Of a DNA stretch of 64,000 bases, positions 25,001-35,800 are shown one piece after another. A program made the position numbers and the translations under genes. Positions within the stretch are counted from its first letter, which is position 1; every line of letters begins with the position of its first letter. The stretch is from Heterodontus francisci (taxonomy: Eukaryota), in NCBI RefSeq assembly GCF_036365525.1, contig NC_090419.1, forward strand, positions 11,656,001 to 11,720,000, read 5' to 3'. The notes under the pieces were generated by a model. It saw nothing but the letters and a program-made list of their open reading frames with translations. It was not told where the DNA came from and did no database searches.

Positions 25001-26149
25001 AACACTCCCCAGGACAGGTACAGTACGGGGGTTAGATACAGAGTAAAGCTCCCTCCACACTGTCCCCATCAAACACTCCCCAGGACAGGTACAGTACGGG
25101 GGGTTAGATACAGAGTAAAGCTCCCTCTACACTGTCCCCATCAAACACTCCCCAGGACAGGTACAGCACTATCAGCTCGTGTTTTAGATTTGTACCCACT
25201 GGTCCTCCCTCTACCCTCGATACTTTCACCCTCTAACTGTGTGGCTCTGGATTGGGTGTTTGATCATCCACTGAACATCAGTGATGAGCTGGGTTCCTCT
25301 GAGCTGTCCTGACTTCTTGTCTCTCCCTCCCTCCAGGGAGGCTCGCTGGAACAAGGGAACGATCCTCAAGGCCTCCGTGGATTACATCCGGAAGTTGCAG
25401 AAGGAGAGCGGCCGCTCGAAGGAACTGGAGGTGCGGCAGAAGAAACTGGAGCACGCCAACCGGAACCTCCTGCTGCGGATACAGGTGGGAAGCCGAGTCC
25501 ACGCGTGCTGGCCCGCGCGTTACTGGGTATAACTGGGCTTGGCAGCTCTGGGTAGGCCCTATTCCAGGAGGTTTCATCACCTGATCCTGCCATTGGCCGC
25601 AATGAACAAAATTGGCGTGTGCACTACCCACAAACCTCAGTGCCTCCGAAACCCCTCTATCTGTCTGGAAGGTCCTGGCCAGGGGTCTGTATTTGTGTGC
25701 CAGGCAGTAAACCTCTTTCTCTTTCCTCCCCCTCTCGGCAGGAACTGGAAATCCAGGCGCGCGTTCACGGCCTGTCGCTCAGCTCCCCCTCCGGCCTCAA
25801 CACCGCCCAGCTGGCCGCCCAGGTCATCAAGCAGGAGTCCCAACCGAGACAGCAGGGCTCTGACCACCAGCCGCTGCCCAGCCTCCCACAGGCAGCAGGC
25901 CTGGGCTTGGACCTGGGCCTAGGCCTGGGCCTGGGCCTGGGCCTGGCCGAGCAGCCGCTCGCCTTCGACTCGCTGGCCGACTTGCCGTTCACCATGAAGC
26001 TGGACTCTGGCCTGGGAGACATCCTGATGGAGGACTCGCTGTCCCCGGTGGGAGCGTCTGATCCGCTGCTCTCCTCGGTCTCTCCCGGGGCATCGAAGGG
26101 CAGCAGCCGACGCAGCAGCTTCAGCATGGAGGAGGACCCAGGCTGCTAA
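16093..26149 (+). CDS. tfe3: MiT/TFE-family bHLH-leucine-zipper transcription factor, TFE3-like; 8 visible coding exons, 5' exon(s) not seen
   Basis: Exons with GT-AG boundaries: 16093-16333 ([20 protein letters not shown]; in-frame ATG at 16145), 18765-18989 ([26 protein letters not shown]), 19366-19461 ([15 protein letters not shown]), 21278-21391 ([15 protein letters not shown]; frame conflict, see findings), 23479-23535 ([11 protein letters not shown]), 24670-24745 ([17 protein letters not shown]), 25337-25484 ([19 protein letters not shown]), 25742-26149 ([34 protein letters not shown]). Exon sizes 96/57/76/148 and phases fit MITF/TFE3. Family call is certain. TFE3 over MITF/TFEB rests on 'PMALLxIGS', '[12 protein letters not shown]', 'TVSNSCPA' and 'SSFSMEE' (about 0.7). 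Confidence 0.9.
16500..17530 (-). mobile_element. CR1-type LINE 3' tails (two copies) plus a degenerate internal LINE fragment
   Basis: 'ataaga(a/g)cataa(c/g)aaata(a/g)gagc..gtag(g)gccatt..gcccttcaagcc' near 16503 and 16735 matches, from memory, the reverse complement of an elasmobranch CR1/HER1-type 3' end. The AT-rich sequence that follows looks like decayed ORF2. Confidence 0.6.
17952..18159. mobile_element. Head-to-head inverted pair of Penelope-like-element terminal repeats
   Basis: Left arm 'atgccagaaatactcagcaggtcaa..cagagttaaggttc' is the reverse complement of right arm 'gaagccttaactctg..ttgacctgctgagtgtttaccagcat'. Same family as the insertion at 50026-50125. Confidence 0.65.
18470..18635 (-). 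mobile_element. tRNA-derived SINE fragment (SacSINE1/DeuSINE-like)
   Basis: 'gtgctccctcagtgcaggcactggg..ctcgagtctctggagtggggttcgagcccacgaccttctga' contains a B-box-like element and is the reverse complement of the element at 19.8 kb. Confidence 0.5.
19780..19985 (+). mobile_element. tRNA-derived SINE, internally deleted (SacSINE1/DeuSINE-like)
   Basis: Head 'tagcggtagc..ggttgaagccccgactccagagac' and tail 'cctacattgcagcagtgactatacttcag..ttggttggaaagcg..tgaggtggtcaaagg'. Family assignment is from memory. Confidence 0.5.
19985..21112. repeat. GC-rich 31-33-bp minisatellite (gtgggaggctggtgttacagcactggccc[c/t]g), about 35 copies, intronic
   Basis: Seen directly. Units vary in C-run length and in gta/gtg and ggcc/gacc variants. 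Confidence 0.95.
21924..23110. repeat. ~70-bp minisatellite (gggttagatacagagtaaagctccctctacactgtccccatcaaacactcccaggacaggtacagcac), interrupted at ~22255-22630
   Basis: gggttagata at 21951 and 22021 gives a 70-bp period. The same unit recurs at 24910-25170. Confidence 0.95.
24910..25170. repeat. Second array of the ~70-bp minisatellite, about 3.5 copies
   Basis: Same unit as 21924-23110. Confidence 0.92.
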
Positions 26150-27365
26150 AGGGACCGCCCGCCAGTGTTCCAGAACCCTCCGCAAACCTTCGAGAAACTT
26201 CCAGAAACGTCAGCTTCCTTCGAGAGACTTGCCCACCCGTTAACCGCCTTCTAGAAACTTCCAGACCCGTTAACAGCCTTCTGGAGACCTCAAGAAACAT
26301 CGACAACCTTTTACTCTGGGGAAACAAAAAGGTTGTTAATCTTTCAACGTTTTTATTTTATTTTTTTAAAAATATGTTTCCTCCTTTATTTTGCCAGTTT
26401 ATTTTACTTTTAATTTAGCCAATGAGAGTGTCTGGAGAGACCGGGAATCGAACCCAGAACAAAAGAAACCGAGGATCTCTCTTAAGAGGATCTCCAGGGT
26501 CTTTAAAGGGACGGCGCACTTCATTATTATTTCCTGGCCGGTGATGTTCGGGAAGGGGGGAGGAGGAAGGGGGGAGGAGGAAGGGGGGCGGGGGGAGGAG
26601 GAGGAGGAATGGGTGAAGTGGGGGGGGGAGGAGGAGGGGGGTCGGGGGGAGGAGGGGGATGGGGGGGGTAGGGTGAAGGCGGGGTGGAGGGGGAAGGGGG
26701 TTCGTGGGAGGAGGGGGAGTAGGGAAGGGGGGGGGGGCGTCATCGATGTGACCTCCCTCTGATTTTTGGCGGCCTCCCCTTTCCATGGCAGCGGCAGATC
26801 GAAGCAGGTCTTCATTTGGTGGCTTGGAGGTCCTTTTCTAGACCATGCGCCTTTCCTCTCCTCCTCCCCCTCCTCCTCCCCCTCCCCACCTAGTCCCCCT
26901 CCTCCTCCCCCATTCCTCAGCAGAATGGCCCAGGCTCCATCCTCGGCCTGTGCTGAGTTGACCACCGAACCCCGCTCCCCACACCGTGCACCTGCTCCTT
27001 AACCCGGGGCCAGTGCCTGCTCTCGGTGGGCTGTGAAGCCTCCCATGGTCAAATAGCCTGGACCTCACTGGGCTGCCGTGTGAAGAATGGGCACGTGGGG
27101 TGAGTGACTGGAATTTGTAGCCCAGCTTGGTTCAGCCCCTTTGGGGGTGTGGGAGCCGTAGAGAAAGTGGGTCAAACCTCCCCGACGCAGCCTCTGTTAT
27201 TTGTCCAGTAACTGGGTCAGTGGACTGCAGCTATACCAGCGTGAGTGTGATGCAGGGATTGTTTAGTGACAGTGTAACCCAGGAATTCCACTTTTAATGA
27301 GCAAAGAATCATTTTCAACGCGTCAAGGTCTCAATTTGGCTATTATTCGGTTGAGAGAACTGTAT

Positions 27366-27371
27366 AATAAA
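27366..27371 (+). promoter_or_regulatory. Candidate polyadenylation signal of the TFE3-like gene
   Basis: First AATAAA I found after the stop codon, about 1.2 kb downstream and before the transposon-rich block. Usage is inferred. Confidence 0.45.
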
Positions 27372-27689
27372 CTTTTATACCGTACCACTTGGCCTGCAGC
27401 CTTCACTTATCCCCTGCGGTTGTTGGGGTGGGGAGCGGGCGGTAACTGGAGCAGGAGAGGAGTCGGTGATACGGTGCAGGCCTGCAAACACTCGCACTTT
27501 CCCACACACAGCTCCCAGCAGCCACAGTGCTGCTCGCTTGCTCTATCTGACCAATTACACATTTGCTGTTTCTCATTTGGTGTCATCGGCAAACCTGGAC
27601 TTTCCATAACTTCATCCAATTATTTACGGTGAAAAGCTAAAGCTCCCATACAAAACCGGTGGTAACACCAGAACTGAGGGGTTATAACC

Positions 27690-28118
27690 GCCAGGAAGGA
27701 TTGAACAGGCTGGGGCTCTTTACAGCAGAGGAGGCCGAGGGGTGAGTCGATATAGAGGTCTTTAAAGTGATGAAGGGGGTTTCGATCGGGTAGACGTAGA
27801 GAAGATGTTTTCACTTGTGGGGGAGACCAGAACTCGGGGGGGCCATCAATATAAGACAGTCAGTAATAAATCCAATGGGGAATTCAGGAGAAACTCCTTT
27901 CCCCAGAGAGTGGTGAGAATGTGGAACTCGCTCCCACAGGGAGTGGTCGAGGTGGATCGTATCGATGTATTTAAGCTGGATAAACACACAAGGGAGAGAG
28001 GAATAGAAAGATATGGTGATGGGGGGAGATGAAGTAGGGGGTGGGAGGAGGCTCGTGTGGAGCAGAAACACCAGCACGGAGCGGACGGGCCGAATGGTCT
28101 GTTTCTGTGCTGTAAATA
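27690..28118 (+). mobile_element. CR1 LINE 3' end (ORF2 C-terminus and 3' UTR)
   Basis: Translates 'MFSLVGETRTRG.HQYK....SN.EFRRN.F.QRVVRMWNSLPQGVVE', a typical CR1 ORF2 end, then the tail 'gggccgaatggtctgtttctgtgctgtaaat'. Confidence 0.85.
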
Positions 28119-28916
28119 CTTTAGTCCCAACCCCTCCTCTTTCCCCAAACCATTTTAAAACATGAAACTGTCTTGGCCCTGAAACAAGGCAGCAGGTTGA
28201 CGGGTCTTATTGGATCATGCAGGACAAATCCAGGCCATTCAGCCCATCGATGCTGGCCTGGCTGTTCGAAAGAGCGACCTCCTCCCATCTCTCTTCATCT
28301 TACCCTATCAGCAGATTCTTCAATTACTTTCTCACTCATGTATTTATTCAGCTCCCCCCTGAACTGAATCGTCTCTATTCGACCTCAACCCATTCCATTT
28401 GATCGCCGATTCTACATTCTCACCACTCCCTGTGTTAAAGAACCTCCTCCTGAATTCCCAATTGGATTTATTAAGGACTACCTTACATTTATGATCCCTG
28501 GTTTTCATCTTTCCTGTCCAATTACTCCCTCTCCCTGTTCTTTCTGAATAACCCTGCACTTGATCTTGCAGCTTGTCTGCCTCATTCCCGACATTACAAC
28601 AGTGACTGCACTTCAAAATGTATTTGACTGGTTGAGGCTTGAGTGAAGCAGAGAGCTGTCGGGCCGAATGGCGCCGATCTGTGCATTAACTTCCATCTAG
28701 TTCTATGCCAAAAGTGCCAACACGAGTCGAGTAGGACAATATAACTAATGACTGAAACATGTTCAGGGTCTGACACTGAAATGCCTGCAGAATCGGTGCT
28801 TGCAGTTGCACCTGGAGCCACTAGGTGCCAGTGTTACTCCACTGCAGCCGCTGCCCAGAACATGCTCAGAGAAAGTGAGCTTTACCCACAGCAGATCCAC
28901 AGGTCAACTTGGCTGC

Positions 28917-29727
28917 TTCAGGATCAACCCCCCCTCCGTCACCCTCAGGATCAAACCCCCCTCCGTCACCCTCAGGATCAAATCAACCCCCCCTCCGTCA
29001 CCCTCAGGATCAAACTCCCCTCTGTCACCCCCAGGATCAAACTCCCCTCTGTCACCCCCAGGATCAAACCCCCCTCCATCACCCTCAGGATCAAACTCCC
29101 CTCCGTCACCCTTAGGATCAAACCCCCTTCCATCACCCTCAGGATCAAACTCCCCTCCGTCACCCTCAGGATCAAACCCCCTTCCATCACCCTCAGGATC
29201 AAACCCCCCTCCATCACCCTCAGGATCAAACTCCCCTCCGTCACCCTCAGGATCAAACCCCCTTCCATCACCCTCAGGATCAAACTCCCCTCCATCACCC
29301 TCAGGATCAAACCCCCCTTCGTCACCCTCAGGATCAAACTCCCCTCCGTCACCCTCAGGATCAAACCCCCTTCCATCACCCTCAGGATCAAACTCCCCTC
29401 CATCACCCTCAGGATCAAACCCCCCTTTGTCACCCTCAGGATCAAACCCCTTCCATCACCCTCAGGATCAAAACCCCCTCCGTCACCCTCAGGATCAAAC
29501 CCCCCTTCGTCACCCTCAGGATCAAACCCCCCTTCGTCACCCCGAGGATCAAACTCCCCTCCGTCGCCCTCAGGATCAAACCCCCCTCCGTCACCCTCAG
29601 GATCAAACCCCCCTCCGTCACCCTCAGGATCAAAACCCCCTCCGTCACCCTCAGGATCAAAACCCCCTCCGTCACCCTCAGGATCAAACCCCCCTCCATC
29701 ACCCTCAGGATCAAATCCCCCTCCATC
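28917..29727. repeat. 27-bp minisatellite (caggatcaaacccccctccgtcaccct), array 1, about 30 units
   Basis: Seen directly; gives 9-aa periodic ORFs. Confidence 0.95.
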
Positions 29728-30047
29728 CCAAGTAGGGCGTGGGAGGAGGCTCGTGTGGAGCAGAAACACCAGCACGGAGCGGACGGGCCGAATGGTCTGT
29801 TTCTGTGCTGTAAATACTTTAGTCCCAACCCCTCCTCTTTCCCCAAACCATTTTCAAACCCCAGATATTTATCCCATTCCTACTCTTAGACCCATTCTTG
29901 GACTTTGCCTCCCTCACTGTGTCTGAAAAGGCATCGCAGGTCCAAACATCTCTCTGTAAAATAAAACTCTCGGAATATTTTCCTTTTCAAATCAGGGCTC
30001 TGTACTGAGGAGGAGGCGGATTCAATAAAACCCGAGGCCAATTCTAG

Positions 30048-31060
30048 AGTGACAGACTCTTCCACAGGTGCTGCAGATAAAATTGGTTGTCGGGGCTGTT
30101 ACACAGTTGGCTCTCCCCTTGCACTTCTGTCTTTTTTTTCCTGCCAACTGCTAAGTCTCTTCGACTCGCCACTCTTTAGCCCCGCCTTTATGACTGTCCG
30201 CCAGCTCTGGCGAACGCTGGCAACTGACTCCCACGACTTGTGATCAATGTCACAGGACTTTATGTCGCGTTTGCAGACGTCTTTAAAGCGGAGACATGGA
30301 CGGCCGGTGGGTCTGATACCAGTGACGAGCTCACTGTACAATGTGTCTTTGGGGATTCTGCCATCTTCCATGCGGCTCACATGGCCAAGCCATCTCAAGC
30401 ACCGCTGGCTCAGTAGGGTGTATAAGCTGGGGACGTTGGCCGCCTCGAGGACTTCTGTGTTGGAGATACGGTCCTGCCGCCCGATGCCAAGGATTCTCCA
30501 GAGGCAGCGAAGATGGAATGAATTGAGACGTCGCTCTTGGCTGACGTATGTTTATTTATTTATTTACAGATACAGCACTGAAACAGGCCCTTCAGCCCAC
30601 CGAGTCTGTGCCGACCAACAACCACCCAGTTATACTAATCCTACATTAACCCCATATTCTCTCCCACATCCCCACCATTCTCCTACCACCTACCCATACC
30701 AGGGGCAATTTATAATGGCCAATTTACCTATCAACCTGCAAGTCTTTGGCTGTGGGAGGAAACTGGAGCACCCGGAGAAAACCCACACAGGCACAGGGAG
30801 AACTTGCAAACTCCGCACAGGCAGTACCCAGAACTGAACCCGGGTCGCTGGAGCTGTGAGGCTGCGGTGCTAACCACTGTGCTGCCCCGTTGTCCAGGCC
30901 TCGCTGCCGTAGAGTAAGGTACAGAGGACACAGGCTTGATACACTCGGGCTCTTGCGTTCTGTTTCAGTGCACCATTGTCCCACATCCTCTTGGCCAGTC
31001 TGGACATAGCAGCGGATGCCTTTCCCATGTGCTTGCTGGCATTTTAATCTATTCCTCTCT
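30048..31060 (-). mobile_element. RTE-clade (BovB-like) LINE 3' fragment, interrupted by a SINE
   Basis: Minus strand reads 'GKASAAMSRLAKRMWDN..RVYQACVLCTLLYGSEAWTT|YVSQERRLNSFHLRCL..RWLGHVSRMEDGRIPKDTLYSEL..GRPCLRFKDVCKRD', the RTE ORF C-terminal region. Confidence 0.88.
30551..30888 (-). mobile_element. V-SINE (HE1-like tRNA-derived SINE), apparently full length
   Basis: Minus strand: head ggggcagcacagtggttagcac (A box), gggttcagttc (B box), V-domain 'gtgcggagtttgcaagttctccctgtg..ccgggtgctccagtttcctcccaca', CR1-like tail and (TAAA)n end. Confidence 0.88.
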
Positions 31061-31151
31061 GATAAAGCCAAAAGGAATGGACAACACGGTTAAGCTGAGC
31101 AACGAGGAGCAGAGCAGAGCATCGCAATCAGGGGAAAACAATAAGGGTAAA

Positions 31152-31620
31152 CTCCATCACCCCCAGGAGCAACACCTACCCACCCACCCCAGCCCATCAC
31201 CCTCAGGAACTTACCCCCCTCCATCACCCCCAGGAGCAACACCTACCCACTCACCCCAGCCCATCACCCTCAGGAACAAACCCCCCTCCATCACCCCCAG
31301 GAGCAACACCTACCCACCCACCCCAGCCCATCACCCTCAGGAACTTACCCCCCTCCATCACCCCCAGGAGCAACACCTACCCACCCACCCCAGCCCATCA
31401 CCCTCAGGAACTTACCCCCCTCCATCACCCCCAGGAGCAACACCTACCCACTCACCCCAGCCCATCACCCTCAGGAACAAACACCCCTCCATCACCCCCA
31501 GGAGCAACACCTACCCACCCACCCCAGACCATCACCCTCAGGAACAAACCCCCCTCCATCACCCCCAGGAGCAACACCTACCCACCCACCCCAGCCCATC
31601 ACCCTCAGGAACAAATCCCC
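31152..31620. repeat. ~67-bp compound minisatellite related to the 27-bp unit, about 7 copies (about 2 in copy 2 at 38810-38950)
   Basis: Unit catcacccccaggagcaacacctacccacccaccccagcc + catcaccctcaggaac(tta/aaa)cccccctc. Confidence 0.85.
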
Positions 31621-31764
31621 CTCTGTCAACCCCGGATCAAACCCCCTTCCATCACCCCCCAGTATCAAACCCCGCCCCCCCCCCCCCCCCCCCCCGTGTC
31701 ACCCTCAGGATCAAACTTTTGGAAACTTTCAAACTCTCAGTTACACAGAATCTCCCAACAGCAA

Positions 31765-31920
31765 TAGCTCACCATCTCCATCTGCTGGTGTCCCTGTCTC
31801 ACTGCAGTTACTGTCCCCTCTCACCATCTCCATCTGCTGGTGTCCCTGTCTCACTGCAGTTTACTGTCCCCTCTCACCATCTCCATCTGCTGGTGGCCCT
31901 GTCTCACTACAGTTACTGCA
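31765..31920. repeat. 53-bp minisatellite, 3 copies
   Basis: ctcaccatctccatctgctggtgtccctgtctcactgcagtttactgtcccct. Confidence 0.85.
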
Positions 31921-32846
31921 GAATAGAAAGATATGGTGATGGGGGAGGGGGGGAGGAGAGGAAGTAGGGGGTGTGAGGAGGCTCGTGTGGAGCAGCAACA
32001 CCAGCACGGAGCGGACGGGCCGAATGGTCTGTTTCTGTGCTGTAAATACTTTAGTCCCGACCCCTCCTCTTTCCCCAAACCATTTTAAAACATGAAACTG
32101 TCTTGGCCCTGAAACAAGGCAGCAGGTTGACGGGTCTTATTGGATCATGCAGGACAAATCCAGGCCATTCAGCCCATCGATCCTAGCCTGGCTGTTCGAA
32201 AGAGCGACCTCCTCCCATCTCTCTTCATCTTACCCTATCAGCAGATTCTTCAATTACTTTCTCACTCATGTATTTATTCAGCTCCCCCCTGAACTGAATC
32301 GTCTCTATTCGACCTCAACCCATTCCATTTAATCGCCGATTCTACATTCTCACCACTCCCTGTGTTAAAGAACCTCCTCCTGAATTCCCAATTGGATTTA
32401 TTAAGGACTACCTTACATTTATGATCCCCGGTTTTCATCTTTCCTGTCCAATTACTCCCTCTCCCTGTTCTTTCTGAATAACCCTGCACTTGATCTTGCA
32501 GCTTGTCTGCCTCCTTCCCGACATTACAACAGTGACTGCACTTCAAAATGTATTTGACTGGTTGAGGCTTGAGTGAAGCAGAGAGCTGTCGGGCCGAATG
32601 GCGCCGATCTGTGCATTAACTTCCATCTAGTTCTATGCCAAAAGCGCCAATACGAGTCGAGTAGGACAATATAACTAATGACTGAAACATGTTCAGGGTC
32701 TGACACTGAAATGCCTGCAGAATCGGTGCTTGCAGTTGCACCTGGAGCCACTAGGTGCCAGTGTTACTCCACTGCAGCCGCTGCCCAGAACATGCTCAGA
32801 GAAAGTGAGCTTTTCCCACAGCAGATCCACAGGTCAACTTGGCTGC

Positions 32847-35800
32847 TTCAGGATCAAACTCCCCTCCGTCACCCTCAGGATCAAACCCCCCTCCGTCACC
32901 CTCAGGATCAACCCCCCCTCCATCACCCTCAGGATCAAACCCCCCTCCGTCACCCCCAGGATCAAACCCCCCTCCGTCACCCTCAGGATCAACCCCCCCC
33001 TCCGTCACCCTCAGGATCAACCCCCCCCTCCGTCACCCTCAGGATCAAACCCCCCTCCATCACCCTCAGGATCAAACCCCCCTCCGTCACCCCCAGGATC
33101 AAACCCCCCTCCGTCACCCTCAGGATCAACCCCCCCCTCCGTCACCCTCAGGATCAAACCCCCCTTCGTTACCCTCAGGATCAACCCCCCCCTCCGTCAC
33201 CCTCAGGATCAAACCCCCCTCCGTCACCCTCAGGATCAAACCCCCCTCCGTCACCCTCAGGATCAAACCCCCCTCCATCACCCTCAGGATCAAACCCCCC
33301 TCCGTCACCCCCAGGATCAAACCCCCCTCTGTCACCCTCAGGATCAAACCCCCCTCCGTCACCCTCAGGATCAAACTCCCCTCCGTCACCCTCAGGATCA
33401 AGCCCCCCTCCATCACCCTCAGGATCAAACCCCCCTCCATCACCCTCAGGATCAAACCCCCCTCCGTCACCCCCAGGATCAAACCCCCCTCAGGATCAAA
33501 CCCCCCCTTCGTCACCCTCAGGATCAACCCCCCCTCCGTCACCCTCAGGATCAAACCCCCCTCTGTCACCCTCAGGATCAAACCCCCCTCCGTCACCCCC
33601 AGGATCAAACCCCCCTCTGTCACCCTCAGGATCAAACCCCCGTCCGTCACCCTACGGATCAAACCCCCCTCCTCCATCACCCCCCCAGATCAAGCCCCCC
33701 CTCCATCACCCTCCGGATCAAACCCCCCTCAGTCTCCCCCAGGATCAAACCCCCCTCCATCACTCTCAGGATCAAACCCCCTTCCATCACCCTCACGATC
33801 AAACCCCCCTTCGTAGCCCTCAGGATCAAACCCCCCTCCGTCACCCTCAGGATCAAACCCCCCTCCGTCACCCTCAGGATCAAACCACCTCCGTCACCCT
33901 CAGGATCAAAACCCCCTCCGTCACCCTCCGGATCAAACCCCCTCTGTTGCCCTCAGAATCAAACCCCCCTCCGTCACCCTCAGGATCAAAACCCCCTCCG
34001 TCACCCTCCGGATCAAACCCCCTCTGTTGCCCTCAGAATCAAACCCCCCTCCGTCACCCTCAGGATCAAACCCCCCTCCTCCATCACCCCCCCAGATCAA
34101 GCCCCCCCTCCATCACCCTCCGGATCAAACCCCCCTCAGTCTCCCCCAGGATCAAACCCCCCTCCATCACTCTCAGGATCAAACCCCCTTCCATCAACCT
34201 CACGATCAAACCCCCCTTCGTAGCCCTCAGGATCAAACCCCCCTCCGTCACCCTCAGGATCAAACCCCCCTCCGTCGCCCTCAGGATCAAACCCCCCTCC
34301 ATCACCCTCAGGATCAAACCCCCCTTTGTCACCCTCAGGATCAAACCCCCTTCCATCACCCTCAGGATCAAACCCCCCTCCGTCACCCTCAGGATCAAAC
34401 CCCCCTTCGTCACCCCCAGGATCAAACCCCCCTCCGTCACCCTCAGGATCAACCCCCCCCTCCGTCACCCTCAGGATCAAACCCCCCTTCGTTACCCTCA
34501 GGATCAACCCCCCCCTCCGTCACCCTCAGGATCAAACCCCCCTCCGTCACCCTCAGGATCAAACCCCCCTCCGTCACCCTCAGGATCAAACCCCCCTCCA
34601 TCACCCTCAGGATCAAACCCCCCTCCGTCACCCTCAGGATCAAACCCCCCTCCGTCACCCTCAGGATCAACCCCCCCTCCATCACCCTCAGGATCAAACC
34701 CCCCTCCGTCACCCCCAGGATCAAACCCCCCTCCGTCACCCTCAGGATCAAACCCCCCTCCGTCACCCCCAGGATCAAACCCCCCTCCGTCACCCTCAGG
34801 ATCAACCCCCCCCTCCGTCACCCTCAGGATCAACCCCCCCCTCCGTCACCCTCAGGATCAAACCCCCCTCCATCACCCTCAGGATCAAACCCCCCTCCGT
34901 CACCCCCAGGATCAAACCCCCCTCCGTCACCCTCAGGATCAACCCCCCCCTCCGTCACCCTCAGGATCAAACCCCCCTTCGTTACCCTCAGGATCAACCC
35001 CCCCCTCCGTCACCCTCAGGATCAAACCCCCCTCCGTCACCCTCAGGATCAAACCCCCCTCCGTCACCCTCAGGATCAAACCCCCCTCCATCACCCTCAG
35101 GATCAAACCCCCCTCCGTCACCCCCAGGATCAAACCCCCCTCTGTCACCCTCAGGATCAAACCCCCCTCCGTCACCCTCAGGATCAAACTCCCCTCCGTC
35201 ACCCTCAGGATCAAGCCCCCCTCCATCACCCTCAGGATCAAACCCCCCTCCATCACCCTCAGGATCAAACCCCCCTCCGTCACCCCCAGGATCAAACCCC
35301 CCTCAGGATCAAACCCCCCCTTCGTCACCCTCAGGATCAACCCCCCCTCCGTCACCCTCAGGATCAAACCCCCCTCTGTCACCCTCAGGATCAAACCCCC
35401 CTCCGTCACCCCCAGGATCAAACCCCCCTCTGTCACCCTCAGGATCAAACCCCCGTCCGTCACCCTACGGATCAAACCCCCCTCCTCCATCACCCCCCCA
35501 GATCAAGCCCCCCCTCCATCACCCTCCGGATCAAACCCCCCTCAGTCTCCCCCAGGATCAAACCCCCCTCCATCACTCTCAGGATCAAACCCCCTTCCAT
35601 CACCCTCACGATCAAACCCCCCTTCGTAGCCCTCAGGATCAAACCCCCCTCCGTCACCCTCAGGATCAAACCCCCCTCCGTCACCCTCAGGATCAAACCA
35701 CCTCCGTCACCCTCAGGATCAAAACCCCCTCCGTCACCCTCCGGATCAAACCCCCTCTGTTGCCCTCAGAATCAAACCCCCCTCCGTCACCCTCAGGATC

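Noticed and set aside
16093-26149. Assignment as MITF, TFEB or a pseudogene
   Set aside because: TFEB lacks the EIISLESSY segment, and MITF ends SSMSMEE. Seven of eight exons splice in frame with an intact bHLH-ZIP, so one frame conflict does not justify a pseudogene call. A phylogeny is still needed.
26391-27002. Gly/Glu-rich and Pro-rich ORFs and G-rich/C-rich complementarity in the tfe3 3' region
   Set aside because: Low-complexity purine and pyrimidine tracts; complementarity is expected by chance.
30800-30888. tRNA-like A and B boxes
   Set aside because: Head of a V-SINE, continuous with the V domain and tail; not a tRNA gene.
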